From: Adineta vaga | Taxonomy: Eukaryota; Animalia; Rotifera | DNA length: 64,000 bases | Assembly: GCA_021613535.1 (NCBI GenBank) | Contig: CP075497.1 | Location: forward strand, 3,906,001-3,970,000 | Reading direction: 5' to 3' | Part shown: positions 14,719 through 29,153 of the stretch, one piece after another | Numbering within the stretch: the stretch's first letter is position 1 | Layout of the letters: every line of letters begins with the position of its first letter | Program-made: the position numbers and the translations under genes | The notes under the pieces: model-generated | The model's database searches: none | Seen by the model: the letters and a program-made list of their open reading frames with translations, nothing else | Told to the model about the DNA's origin: nothing

Positions 14719-17619
14719 AGAAAAAAAAGAAAGCCGAGAGAAAAAAAGGAATAATCCATCTTTTCATAGTTGTTCTAGTGAGTACGAGACAACGAAAGCT
14801 ATCACAGTTCAGGGCTATCAAAATGTTCTATGTGACATCCCATTAATTCAGCGTTTGCTTGTCGTTATCTATCGGATTCATTCCAAATATATAGATATAT
14901 CAAAATCTTTATGAATATATCTTTATTCTCTAAATGACAAGTTGTTCAATGCGTAACGAGCTCCATTAACTATTGTACCAGCAACTGACAAGCGACTGTT
15001 GCTGGTTTACTGATGAGATTGCATAAAAAAACGTATTAAATGAGAAAATGATGACCATTTGCTTGTCTTCATCATTCTCATTGAGATACGACCTATCGTT
15101 TACTCTTTTATATCTATATGTTTCAAATTTCAAACGTACTGACGACATTTCAATGATAATCGATGAGAAAAAAAAGATTGATCAATTGAAATGAAATTTT
15201 GTCCATCTTCTTTTACTTACATACAATAGCAATTCTTTCATATGTATTTTTTTTCTCCTTGTGGCGAGTGACCATCACGTGTATACATATACAAAAGCAA
15301 GAATGGCTAATTGCAGTCATTAGAGTGTTCTTTCTCTTTTGCTTTCGTAGTCCCAAATGGTACCATATACTCACTCATATATATATATATATATATGTAC
15401 TAAAGTAAAGATAATACAACAGAGAGGAGAAGTGTGTCATGTTCTTGAGATTGTGAAGATACGATGAGTACGTTTAGTGGCATAGTATTATCGTTGACAG
15501 TATACATTTATTTGCAATAAGGTTTCTATTTCTATTGCATGTTGATGATGCTGTTTTACTGGGTGATTGTTTCCGGCTTCACTTCTCGATCGATGGACTC
15601 TTTTTTTTTATATATTTCTGTCATGGATGTACATCGAATCAATCGTTCGAACAAGGTCATCGATATGCTCACTAAGAATCTTTTCTTCTATTAAGTAAAA
15701 GAAAAACTGAAAATGATTCAGTATTCAAATGACAGACGTCTAGCTTCAAGTTGATAGTTCGATGACATTAAGAGAGAGGGAGAGAAAGAGAGAAAAGAAA
15801 ATGAGACAATGACTAAAGAGGGCGGATACAATGAATTTGATTTTATCGAGTATCACAACGATTATTGAAATTGTGCACACATATTGTATGCAACACCTTC
15901 TGTCACAATGAGTGGTTCTATTAAAAAAGACAGGCAACACACTTAGGTGTCAATGGTTAACACGATCGGAATGGGTCAATGATCAGTGTCTATTGAAGGT
16001 CAAAAATATAGAAGAAAAAAAATCACATATGTATATGAACAAATTAGATTAGCTTCTTGTAGAAATCTACGTAAAACGGATGTCGATTTGCATCAGAAAA
16101 CACAAGAAGAACATTTCTTGACATTCTGCCGTAGCGGAAATCGATTAGATGTACTGATGTTAAGCACCTCTACATAAAAAGTAGACTAAGAACTAGTCGC
16201 ACTGATTAGAAATGAGATGCAACTACTTATTGTATTTCTATAATCAATGAATGAACAGCACGTTCTACTCATCATCGAACTAGCATACTGACCTTGTGTC
16301 TACTCCCTACGGAGACAGATCAGCTATATTAAAGAACGTGCTAGTGCTTTTATACATGCTGACAAGATTATGTCGTTGAACGATGGATCCTTCTGCTTCT
16401 TTAGTTATTGTCATTTGTATCATTAACTACGAACGAATATTTTGACAAGACATTGTATATATGCATGCGTCTGTTTTTGATGATAAATGTCTCATCAAAG
16501 TTGATCGAGAATTTTTCCGATAAAAGCCCAAGGTTATTATTTAGCTTGAGTAATTTATTATGTATTAGTGGGTGATCTTGCTTGCTCCATTGTGAAAAAT
16601 GTTATTTCCCACAACTTCATATGTAATATTTAATAGATTATTTGATAAATAATTAGACTGGAATTTCGTTTTCATTATGATGATTAGAAAATGTAGACGA
16701 TAAGTTTTTTTTTGTAAATGAAATGTATCGTTTCATATACGACGAATATTGATGAAGAGTAAATGGATTTACTGAATTAAATCATCACATACTCGAGTTG
16801 ATCATTGAAAGGCTTGTTCAAAAACGAAATCTCTTTTATGTAGATGATAACCTTATGAATAGGTCTCTATTCACGTATTTGTATTGTTCTTAATTAAAGA
16901 AAATGATCCTTCTTATTCTTTTCTCCATCACAATCAATCAGCGAATCTCAGACTGATCTATTTACTTAGTAGACTACAGAGTAGAGTTCTAGATGACGGT
17001 AAAATACAAGTTATCAGTACAAAATGTCGTTAAGATAATAATGTCAATATCTTTGATAATGTTTGTCTTTATTTCTAACTCTTCAATGAAATAAAATAGA
17101 AAGAAAACATTCGAAGGTCAAAATCACACATTTTCTTTTCATTTTGTAAAGCTTCATCACCTCAGTAACTTTCTCTGTCCCTCTCGGTTTTTTCTTGTTA
17201 ATATAACCGATGATTTAATCTCGAATATGTGGTTCACAGAACTAAAATTGATAAGAAAATGTACACATCATCGTACTCGTAATCATATTTTATCTTCTTA
17301 TATATGATGTGGTCAGTTAAGAAGGATAAGATTGGAGTCAAGGTCAATATCTATCACAAGAATATTAAAAAAAAAAGTTCATCAAAATGTGAGAGTAGGT
17401 CAATCCGTTCCATACTATTCTACTCGAAGTACAATTGGAATCATACTTATGTCATTCTTTTCCTCATTGTTCTAAAGAATAGTTGATGTTCTCATCAATG
17501 ACATCCTATTGAAAACTAAAACAAAAAATGAGAGAGAACATCTAGAATTCAAGTCACTGTGTCCATTTTCTCTTTATGAACGAGATAGTTAAAATTATAT
17601 TGAAAATATAGAAGTTTAT

Positions 17620-18737
17620 TTACAATGGTACAAATGTTTGAACCATCGATGCTTTTTCTTCGCCATTATCATCGATTAGATATGTAATTAGTGTGAACCA
17701 GCATCCCATGGTTTTGAATCTTCATGTACTAAGATTTCTATATTTTCTTTATCAATGTTCCGCTTTATTCCACAGTAAATTCGAATGCTCGATCGAGATT
17801 TTAGAATGAAATTCTCTGGGAATTTATAAATAATTTTCGTCTTTCTATTAGCATCACGTCTTAAAATCCATCCAGATATATTTTGATCTTGTTGTACATC
17901 TCCATCATTTTCAATATCAACATATTGATCGATATTATTCACTTTTATAATTGCAATTGAACCTAAATAAAATTAAAGACTCAAAACTCCGTTCACATTG
18001 TATCATACCTTTTGTACAAGTTTGAGTTGAATATTTCTTTTTTTCATTATCTTCATTTATGGAAAGTTTCCGTGAACGATCATACAAAAAAGCTTTCATA
18101 TCCGAAAACCAAGAGAAATTTCCCGGCCAACTTCCTTCCTAAAAATCATTGCATTAACATTGAAAAGATTAAAACAAAATCAATTTACTGTATTTTCTGT
18201 TGTTTCATCATGAAGAATTTTAATCAATTTAATCATCGATGATGAATTATCATTGACTATATTAATATTATTTGTCATACATTCGATTTCTGCTCGAAGG
18301 TGATTTAAATCTTGTGTCCATCGTGCAAGATCATTTTCAAAAAAATCATCACATTCTCTTGCTCGATAGAATTTCGTTGAAAGTTTATTCAATTCCTTCT
18401 TTCCATGATCAATAATATTATCAAGAATTTGATTTAGTTGTGCACGAGATTCATTAGCAACATGTTCAATTTTATCAATTGATTCTTTTTCCCATTGATT
18501 AATTCGTTCGAAAAGCAGATGTTTACTTTGATTTTTTGTTCGATTAACTAAATCTTCGTTGGTAATATCATGTTCTAATACAATATTATCCATTTGTGAA
18601 ATCAATTCTTGACGATGTTCAGCAACATGTTTTAAACAAAATGATTGTTGACAACCATCACATGAAAATGCACCCGAACCTTTATCACATTTTGAACAAA
18701 TCTTTTTTGAATAAATACTAACACGAGGATTAGCCAT
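17620..18737 (-). CDS. B-box zinc finger + coiled coil + lamin-tail domain (LTD) protein, frameshifted near the 3' end
   Basis: N-terminal CSKC..CDGCQQSFCLKHVAEH (B-box) followed by a coiled coil. Two introns (~18188-18139 and ~18008-17964) lead into TKGSIAIIKVNNIDQYVDIEN..NISGWILRR..YKFPENFILKSRSSIRIY..W (LTD). The expected LTD end LITYLIDDNGEEKA lies in a shifted frame after GSH. Confidence 0.75.
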
Positions 18738-20990
18738 AATATCACCCGACTGAATTTATACCTGTCAAATATTTTTGAAAGATAAACAATCGATATTCAT
18801 GTTGATTTGATACGCTTCATTACTTTTCACATGATACTGAATGATTTGATCGAGGTCTTACCCACGTTAATTTTCCCGCTACACATATTATACGGCTCTA
18901 ATATGCTCGATGCAAGTATATCGTAATATCTATAAAAATAAATAATATATGATGTTTTCTGTTTACAGAGAGAATATATGATGTCGAATGAGAATTATTA
19001 TCAAATCAGTTGTGTATTAGAATTCGATTGATTGAATTTATCTTAACACGCAATTCAAATTTATGATCTAGAGACTATATCGTGACACTTATTTTCAAGG
19101 ATCAAATCACAGAGATGACGAATCTCGGTACAATTAATAATATTATCCTGTTTTTTTTCTCAGAATATATTGTTGTTAGTATGTTTCAACGAGATACATA
19201 TGATATTCGATCTAGTATAATTTAATTATCATACAAATACGACAAGATAAAAAAAACTAACTATTTAGTTGTTCGTTTAATCTTAGTTTCATTGTTGCTA
19301 CCACGTTGTAACTAAATATAGTTCTATATTCCTCAAGTTTATTAGAAGAAGAAAGTATTCAAATTATTGAATAGAAATCAATCGTTCATTAATTTTTGAT
19401 GAATGTTATTACAATATATTGAATTAAGTTTTATAACTATCGTTCTGCTATGGTGACAACGATCTCCAATCAAGTTATGTTGTTTTTTTTTCGTTAGACT
19501 CCAAATGATGGAATTCTATCTGATAATATTTTCTATCATCAGTAGCTGTGTCTTCTATGTTTATAGGATCGATGCTATCAATAATTGATAATGAGATTGT
19601 AGATCATCTTAGTAAAACAGCAGATTTATTGATAATACTTGATGATCTTCATAGATACCGTATGACAGTAAAGACGATTACATAGAAAGATTTGAGACTG
19701 GAACATTGATAATGTGGAAATAAAGTAGTTTGCAAGAAAGAAAGCTTATATGACAAGATTTGTTCATCGAATTCTGATTTAACATGTTGCACTCAATGTT
19801 CATATAAAAATTTCGTACGATTCAATGAATATGTATATGAAGAATGAGTGTTTATTGTTAGCAATCAAATGTAATCATATCGATATTATTACAAAAGAAA
19901 ACATCAATCAACATATTTTTTTTATCAAAATGTATCTCAATGAACTTTTGTCATCTATAATATAACTATTGAAAATCATCTGATGAATTGATGCCATATG
20001 TGTTTGTATGTAAATCTACATATTAATAAAGTCAGTGACACTTCAATGATATGTAAAGTACTGACTTCTTTTTTTTATTAACGACAATATATATGATGAA
20101 GTATCTAATGTTAGACAATACCATTATTAATGTATAGGTCTTTATAATGGGGGGAGGGGGGAAGAAAGGAAGAATTGATATTCTATTCTATACAATGCAA
20201 ATATCTCGTATAAAGTGATTTTGATCCTTGTTGAATTAATAGATGAAAATACATATGTAAAACATGGCAGATCGATCACTCGTCTTGTTGATGTACAACT
20301 CTTAGACTTTCCTTAGGGACAATTTCGTGTGGATCAATGATCAATTATTAGCTTGAGTTGTTATTATTAACATCTAATCGAAAGATAAATGACATATAGA
20401 TATAAGAACAAACACATCGATTGTATTGATGAACATCCGACTAGTTATATAAAAAAAAGCATGAAGAAAAGCAACTGTTCGATCAAATAAAGATACTTTT
20501 TCTAAATAGGAACATTTATATAGTTCTCATCTGCTCGTCTTGTTGTTCTTCTGTTGCTTTTTTCTCACTAGTAATTCTGTTTGGTCCCAGTTGCTCCTTT
20601 TTTCTCATAAATATTGCTCGAAGGTTGCTTTTATATACCCCACAAACATCATCGAACGTCTTCTTTTCTCTCGCGGATGAGAAGAAGAGAAAAAAATCAT
20701 GTTTCCTTTTTCTTTTCTTTTTTTTCTTCTGTGTTAGTAAACGACGTCATAGACAGAACGAATACAATCCTCGCATAACATCCTGTACTACCGTTGAGAT
20801 TGACATCGTCGTCATTGAGAGAAAAAAGGTTTTTACAAACTACACGCGGAATAGGCCTACTTTGATCCAGTAAGAAACAAAACAATACTTGATCAACAAC
20901 ATCGACAAGGAAGAGAATACACATCAGAATCATCTGGCACATTAGGAATGTAACATCTTTGAAATATTCTCTTCCTATTTAATATTTACA

Positions 20991-22286
20991 ATGTTTACAC
21001 TTTTACCATCACTTTATATTATTGCTGTTCATTATATACGACAATGGAAAGCACCTTATTATTACGAAGAAAATATCGAAGAAGAAACTAAAACATCGAA
21101 TATTGATTTTATTCATGGAAGTAATTCAATCAAATCATCGAATGATATTCAATCTTTAGAATTGATATCAAAATGTGATAATATTTCTCCTTCTCATTCT
21201 CTTCTTCAACACAATAAAGATTTACTGATAACTCATAAACAATTGACTCGTTCGAATCTTGTGAAAAAAAATGGATATTTATTAGAAAATAGTAATGACG
21301 AGGATGATCAATTAACGAAAGTTAAATTATCGACGAATACACCACTTCAATCCTCGTCATTATTAAATGTCGGACGACAAAAGTTTTATGCAAATGATCT
21401 TAGTGAAAATGACATTGTCCGTTTAATGAACGAGACAGGATTTACTCGAGAGCAAATCCTAGTATGGCATGGTGAATTTCTTGTATGTTCGAGATATTCG
21501 ATTAATCACTTGGATTATATGTGTTGTTTTGATTCCTTTTAGCGTGATTGTCCCGATGGACGACTTTCGAAAGCGAAATTTATTGATATTTACAAACAAT
21601 TCTATAAGAAAGGTCAAGTCGCAAAATTTTGCGAACATGCCTTTCGTGTCTTTGATAAAGATGGTTCAGGTTTTATTGGTATGTTAAACAAACCTATATA
21701 TGCATAGAAAGATTTAACTTTATGATTAGATTTTGTCGAGTTTCTCATTGCTGTTAGTATGACATCGACAAAAGATCCTGAACGAAAAACTGAACTATTC
21801 TTTTCAATGTATGACATTGATCGAAATGGTTTGATCGATGAAAATGAAATGCGATGTGTCGTTGAGGTAAATTTCAAAAAAACAGTTATCATGATGAAAA
21901 TCTTGACATAATGAATATGTGAATGGTGATCGTTTCTTCATCACCTTTCATTTTGATTTCTTTTCATTAAAAGCAAATAGGTTTCTTTTTTCTTTACGTA
22001 ATTGCTTTGACATTTTCAAAACATCTATCGATATGTTATTCTAATACGAAATAGATATTGATCGGGTGTTGTTTTCTTTTTCTCGTTTTAGTCAATCTAT
22101 GAATTAATGGGTATTGATGTACATGATTCAACAAGAATTGATATGAAAGTTCAAGAAATCTTCACCAGAGCGGAATGTAATCAATCGGGATATTTAACCA
22201 AAGATCAATTTGCTTTGGCTTGTAAAAACGATCGATATATTCGAAAACTTTTAGTGCCGAACACAAAAGCACCTCATCATCGGTGA
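20991..22286 (+). CDS. Neuronal calcium sensor (NCS/frequenin/hippocalcin family) with a long N-terminal extension and no myristoylation Gly
   Basis: LMNETGFTREQILVWHGEFL|RDCPDGRL, EF loops DKDGSGFI|DFVE and DIDRNGLIDENE, degenerate EF4 (ECNQSGYLTKDQ). Four exons; TGA 22284-22286. Confidence 0.85.
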
Positions 22287-23775
22287 AAGGAGAAAACAAA
22301 CTTGTTAAATTGTCGTTTGAATGATTTGTACATACGGAATTTTCTTTTTCTCATTCGTTTTGTTTTTCAACCTCTAGAAACATATAGAAAAAGTACGCTG
22401 TACAGTACTAGTCATAAAATAACTACATGGTTTGTGTGTTTTTTCACAGTTCGGATTTTTATCATCTATTATGTTTAGATGAATGTCACGGAAAAAGAAA
22501 GAGATAAATTTTGTATTCATTAGATGCATATATTTATCATGTTAATTTATTTCTGATTGCTTTGATATGAAAAGGAGGTTTTGATATGAATGCTTTCTTT
22601 CTTTCTTTCTCTCTATTTAAATTGTGTGATTACATTGCACAGCGACGTTTAAAGAGTTGATATATAATTAATACTTCTTATACGAAGCGGATTGAATTAA
22701 TCCGATTGGAACTGAAATTTCTTCGAGTAAGATTCGATAGAACTATTGATGATACTTATCGTTTGTTATATCCGGTATAAATTATGATTTCATGAAACAT
22801 TATTAATAAGACAAATAATTGTACTAAATCTATTTGGTTGAAAGTTGCGAATTGAATAAATTACGTAAATTTTTACTGGAAAATTTTCCCTAAAGATTTC
22901 GTGAGCATTTTTCTTAGTAACTATTGAATGAATAAGATATTTAATCAGATTTACACTGATAAAAGATGAATATGATGTATGTATTTGCGAGTTTTATTTA
23001 TTAATTTATTTTCAATCAGAACTTTCTTTCAAGTAAATTTTCTATGATATAAAAAGAAATTTAAATCCGTCATTGCTTTCCCCTATCAGTCTCGTATATG
23101 TCAAGTCATGCTACGTATGTTAAATATTTCTTTGTCTTATGTTCATATTTACATATATGTTAAGTCAATACATCATGATAAATTCATTTCAATGGTAAGA
23201 TATTAACAGTAAAACGTCGTCAATGAGAAAAAGAATGACTATGTTAATACTTTTTTGATCGTTCAATCATATTGATGAATAATAAACTAAATAAATATTC
23301 ACATATGTTGTTTAAAGTTGTTGTTAAACTCTTCTCTTTTTTCTTTTTCAGATAAGATAAGCTTTTTTTGTATCAACATAGTTTCGACTATGTCACTGCT
23401 CTTCTCAATGCTTTTATCTTTATGAGAAGAAGAAGAAGAAAAAATCGGTTCGTTAAGCAATTGAATCATTGGTAATTGGATTTTATATTCTCATACTATT
23501 GATCAAAATTTGATGAACGAAAACGAAGAAAAAAACAAGATTTGCAAATATATCATTTGTCACTTATGTTCATTGAAAGAAGCAAAAAAAACACACAAAG
23601 GAATCTTTATCAGATAAAATACGTATCATTTCCTGTTTATATTGATACGCGAATATGAACAGAAAAAAAAGACACAAAGAAGAAAAAAAAGAAGTCTCTC
23701 GAAATTGCTTATTTATGGAGTAATGAGTAATACATTGATTATAAATATATATATTAGTTGTTATCCTTTGATAAT

Positions 23776-25817
23776 TCAAGAGGCTGAAGGTGCGAGTAAT
23801 TTACGTAAATAGTCATCTTGTAAACAACCAGTGACAAATTCATCTTTTGATAATTTTTGATCACTATTGACATCCATTTTGGAGAAAATTTGATCGACCT
23901 TGATTTCTGGAGAATTTGAACCTTTTTTTTCTTCACCAAGAAGATCATAGATAGCCTAGAAATAAGTCAGTTAGTAATAATTAACTATCAAGAAAAAGAA
24001 AAGAAAAGTTCTTCTCTTACGTCCATAATTTTTTTCATTTCCTTTTTCTCAATATATCCATTACGATCAATATCTAGTAAATAATAGAAAATATTCATTA
24101 ATAAACAATTAAAAAGAAAGAAGAAGAAAAAGAGAGAGAGAGAGAGAACAACAGAATCTACCTACCATACATGGAAAATGCCCATTCTAGTTTTTTTTTT
24201 GGATCTTGTTGAGCTGTTATTGAAATAGCAATTAGAAATTCGCCAAAATCTACAATAATAGTAACCATAATAATCAAATTCCTTATTTTCTTTTCTCTCT
24301 TCGAAAAACGAACAATGAATAATTAATGCATGGATTACTACTCTTCCTCACTCACTCACTCTACTATCAATAGAAGAAGAGTATTGTTGAACCCCGCGAG
24401 CCCATTTCCCTGTACTTGATCAATGTAAAGTAATGCATTATAAACTGTAGGTTATTTCTAAATGATTTCTTATACTTTTACCTTTCTATAAATATTTCTC
24501 GAGAGAACGTCGTTTCATTTACTCGATTTGTTTTCTCATGATTAATTGATTAATATGCAAAAAAGAAATGTTGAATCAACATACCTATATTGCCAGAACC
24601 ATCGGTATCAAATGTACGAAAAACATATTCACAAAATTTTTCGGCTTTTCCAGTTGGATAAAATTGCTTATAAACTTCGATGAATTTCTTTTTATTTAGT
24701 CGTCCACTTGGACAATCTTTCTAAAGATTGAAAAAACAAAACCGATAAGAGAAAACTAAATCAAATAGATAATAATTCTCAGACAAAATACATTCTTCGA
24801 CATGCCCTCGAGATATTGCATATAAATCGATTTTTATAGCGTGCATATTCAAGAGAATTTTGTTTTTCTCTCTCTCTGTCTCTTTTTTTAATCGCGATAT
24901 TTCAGGCATTGGAAAGAAATCCATGAACAAATATGGAAAAATAAAATTGAGATGTCAATCGACTAATTTATTTCGAATTTGAGAAAGAATGCATCGGAAA
25001 TAGCAATCAGGGATGAAAGCCTTAAAGTTTTATTATCCTATTTAGTTTCTCATTTTTCTTTCGTTTTTCTTCTCTTCGACACAGGATTGAAGAGCAATCG
25101 ATGCATGCTTGTGATCGAGTGGATTGTCACAGCAGCAATTCAATTCATTCTCTCTTTTTCTTTCATGCATTTTTATCTTATGAATATAGTACATTGTAAC
25201 TTCATGATGAGGATGACAATACTCGTGCTCGCGCCTGAAGTAATACGATCATACGCATAGACGTAGCTGATGCAATTAGACAAACCGTAATTTTCCTTCT
25301 GTCATTTGTCTTTTATCAACGATAACTTATTTTCAATGAAAGAAATATAAAAAACCGTCCATGGCACAGATAGAGACGAAGAAAAGGAAAAATCCTATAA
25401 AGAAATTTTTAACTAAAAAAAGAGGAAGAAGCGAGAAAATTCCACGCGCTTATAAGCACACCTGCATGGATAATGAATGTAGAATGTGTAGAATCGTGCC
25501 TTTACTAGCATAATATTGTTTGTTACTATGACGCACCAGTCAAGTGTTCATTTTATATTTATATATGGGGAAAGAGAGAGACAGAGAGAGAGAAAGACTA
25601 AGCGAGATTTGACCAGGTAGATGAGAAATGTATAGCATTATGTTGATGAGAAAAATTATGTGTAACATCTGGCAAAAGAAAAAAACTGACTTACCAAAAA
25701 GCCTGAATGCCATTCGCGAACTTGTTGAGGGGTAAAACCAGATAGATTCGACAATTCAGCAACGTCACTATCAGAAAGAGTTTTACCTCGTTTAACACGA
25801 GCTTCACTATTACCCAT
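23776..25817 (-). CDS. Neuronal calcium sensor (NCS/frequenin-like), N-myristoylation-type start
   Basis: [26 protein letters not shown]|[20 protein letters not shown]|[15 protein letters not shown]|[12 protein letters not shown]..|..[22 protein letters not shown]. Five exons, not captured in frame by the ORF track. Confidence 0.9.
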
Positions 25818-27511
25818 GATTCGTTATATGTATATTCAAATAATTTATCAAAATTTGTAAGTTAATATAGAATATCTACAAAAGATAAGATATATAAAGA
25901 ATTTAACGAAAGAAACGAAATAACAAACATAAAAGATGGTAAAAGTTGATTTCTAGAATCAGTGAATGTCTCTATGTTTTCTTCTGTATTTTCACGTTTC
26001 AAATGAAAGATGATGTAGTAGAAGAAGAGGCAGGATATGAAGAGAAAAGAGCGAGCGAGCGAGCGAGCGAGAGAGAGAGAGCAAAAGAGAGAAAGAAGAA
26101 AAAGAGAAGAATAGAGGAAAAATAGAAAGAAAGAGAAAAGAGAGAAGAAAAGAGAATAATTTCAGGTTTCTTGTTATACATCATGTTTATTCATTATATT
26201 TGTCACCAAATCCTATACTTTTGTAAATTCAACTTGATTCAAACAAAAAAACTATGAGTCATTCATTAGAGAAAAATTGAATAACATGGCGGCGACTAAT
26301 GATCGCATGTTCGATTAACATATGTCAAGAAGTAAAAAAAGAAAGAATTAAATGTATACTAAAATCTGATCAATAGAAGAATAAGAACATCATTGAAGAG
26401 TAACTCTTATAAGAACTTTCATTTCACTTGAAGGTTTGAAAAGAACATATATATATATATATATGTATACATATACGAAGATAATAAACTTGACTCATTC
26501 ATACGCATTAACAATGCAATGTAGGCACGCCTACACGAACGCATATTTTTTTCTTTCAAACAACGCATCGTCGGATACATCCACCTGTATGGGCTAGCTG
26601 TTCTCACTTAAGTATACAAATGCAAAAAAAACACTCTAAGACAAATGAAATACACAGCGAGGAAGAAAAGAATAGTAGTTTTACGTTAGGGCGCACTTTC
26701 TTATGATTAAGTTTCGCTTCATTGGCTCTCATTCACATCATTTTCTACTTGTACTATAATAAAAAATTTATCTGCTTTTCTTATAAATTATTGTTCTCTA
26801 AGAAAATGAAGTACTATTATTATTTATTACGTTTTGGCATGCAATCGAAGAGAAAAGCTTTTCTTGTTTTTTTTCTTCTTTACTAACCTTCTGATTCATA
26901 CATGTCTACATATATTATTCCTTAACAAACATTACTTTTTTTGTTTTTTATCTGACGATAAACGTGTATATGTATATACATGTATGTTCGAAATTCATTC
27001 TCATATTCTTTCTTTTTTCTCTCGATTAATAGGGAGTAGTGTATACTGGTTGAAGAAAGATTTTAGATCAAACTATAATTCTTTCTCATCTCAATACGAG
27101 TAGAGAGAAAGAAAGAAAGAAAAAGAAAAGAACGAGAATATGGTAGTGTAAAATAGAACATGATGCATTTGTTGATGGGTTATGTTGTTAGAGAAACAAT
27201 CGGAGGAAAAAGAGGGTATTGATAATGGTCAATTGACATATTATGGATTGCAATAATCTTTTTCGATAGGTTATTGATGCGTACTGTCTTCTATAGAAAA
27301 AAACAACAGACGTGCATAATAAAATTTGACGAAAAACTACGATGTATTTGCATTTAATCATTTTATTCTAACTCAGTATTCATGATAAATTATATATAAG
27401 ACTATGTTTAGTTACTTTTCCTGTTCTTTTTTTGCGATAGTTAACAAATATTTAAGATAATATTGAATTTTCTTATCATGAAGAAATAGTACCTAAAATG
27501 TGCTGCTTTAG

Positions 27512-28579
27512 TTAATGTATTGTTTGACGCCATGGTTTTGATTGTAGAATATGTTCGACAGAAGACATATCCTCGTAAATGAGTAGTTCATTAGCATTCG
27601 GCGATGGTGATCGACTATGTTGATATGTTAACCGTCGTGTGGGTAATCGTCGGTGATAGAGTAATGAAGAATCTTCATTTTCTTTTCTCTCCTCCTCTTC
27701 TTCTTCCTCGTCTTCATCATTTACTTCTTTCTCATCTTCTCTTTCTGGGTCATCAATTTCTCCGTGTGATTCCTTATCGATAATTGTGGCAAATCGAAGC
27801 ATCGCTAATGTCTCGTTGGGCATGTCAATATATTCTTTTCGATGCAATAATTCACGTCGTATTCTATTCAATCGTCGAATATGCCATTTCTTATATTTTC
27901 GATCTCGAATAACATGTGCAATTTGAAGGATAGCAAGAATAATTCCAATCATCATCAATTGTAAAACTAATAGAATACGATCTCCTTCAGTGCCTTGCTT
28001 AATATGATGACGATGGCGATCTTCATCAGGACCCATCCTAGTACAATAATGAATAATATATTGTTGTTGGTGGCGGTGGTTCCGAGAAGATCCCATGAGA
28101 AAATCATTGTAAATCGTTTTTGTTTTATTTCCTATAGAAACAGTTTTTGTCAAATTTTGACGCCGATTCGGTATTAATATGAGACAAAATGTAAAATGAT
28201 CAGTTATTGAACCATGAATTTCTTTTTCATAATAACCTGTAAATGGTCCAATATCGATTCGATAATTAGTAGATGGTAATTGTGATATCTGAACATGTGC
28301 ATTATAACGAAGTTGACTTTGTCGAAAAAGAGTTGTACGTGTCATATCAAATTTAATTAATATTGTGATGTGATCAATAATATCATAGGAAAAAAAATAA
28401 TGATCTAATGTTGTTAAATCTTCATCAACTGTCTGATTAATAATTAGAGACTTGACTTCGTCCGGCAATGATGCAGTACTGTTCGTTTCATTTAATTGAA
28501 ATATATTCCTAGCTGCAACGGTTGGAAGTAGAAAAAAACAAATCAATCTAAACAATGGGTGTTTATGAATAGCCAACAT
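27512..28579 (-). CDS. Intronless type-I single-pass membrane protein of unknown family (355 aa)
   Basis: Open ORF with signal peptide, N-glycosylation sequons, TM ILLVLQLMMIGIILAILQIAHVI followed by basic residues, an acidic tract and C-terminal SSVEHILQSKPW. Confidence 0.8.
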   Translation of the reverse strand: MLAIHKHPLFRLICFFLLPTVAARNIFQLNETNSTASLPDEVKSLIINQTVDEDLTTLDHYFFSYDIIDHITILIKFDMTRTTLFRQSQLRYNAHVQISQLPSTNYRIDIGPFTGYYEKEIHGSITDHFTFCLILIPNRRQNLTKTVSIGNKTKTIYNDFLMGSSRNHRHQQQYIIHYCTRMGPDEDRHRHHIKQGTEGDRILLVLQLMMIGIILAILQIAHVIRDRKYKKWHIRRLNRIRRELLHRKEYIDMPNETLAMLRFATIIDKESHGEIDDPEREDEKEVNDEDEEEEEEERKENEDSSLLYHRRLPTRRLTYQHSRSPSPNANELLIYEDMSSVEHILQSKPWRQTIH

Positions 28580-29153
28580 ATACTTTGTTCTTTCGTTATC
28601 AAATATAAAAATAACACGTTTGGTATATGGTTATACCTTATGATACAAACATACGATATATTCTTAACAAAATTACGCTATCGATTATATATATGTGATA
28701 TGTATGACATGCGTTAGTTATACAGATTTTGATCGTATCTTAATGTTGATATAATCTTTATTTATTTTTAAACTTCAAGAAAGTCAAATATATAGGTAGA
28801 TATCTTCATAGGAAAAGAAATTATTAGAAACGAACATTCGAAATAAATGAAATACAATCGGTGAAAAAGTGTGCACATGTTTGTGTTTATTTATTAGTTC
28901 GAAATGAGAAAATAATATTGTAAAAGAAGAAGAAGAAGAAGAAAAAGAACTTTTCAATTTTTGACTTGTCTGTATGTGTGTGTGCGCATGAAATCGTAAC
29001 TATGATGTGAGCTGCTTTCTGTTTCTTTTTCTTTACTGATTACGATCAAGACAGACAGAACATCGGTTTACTTTCTTATTTCAATAATAACAATAAGCTA
29101 GTTATTGAGTGGTGCATATAAATAAAGAAAAAAAAAACAATTTATTCATCGAA

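Noticed and set aside
14200-17500. Numerous 60-115 aa ORFs upstream of Dscam
   Set aside because: Low-complexity translations of GA/TA microsatellite and poly-A/T tracts, with no domain or splice-consistent structure.
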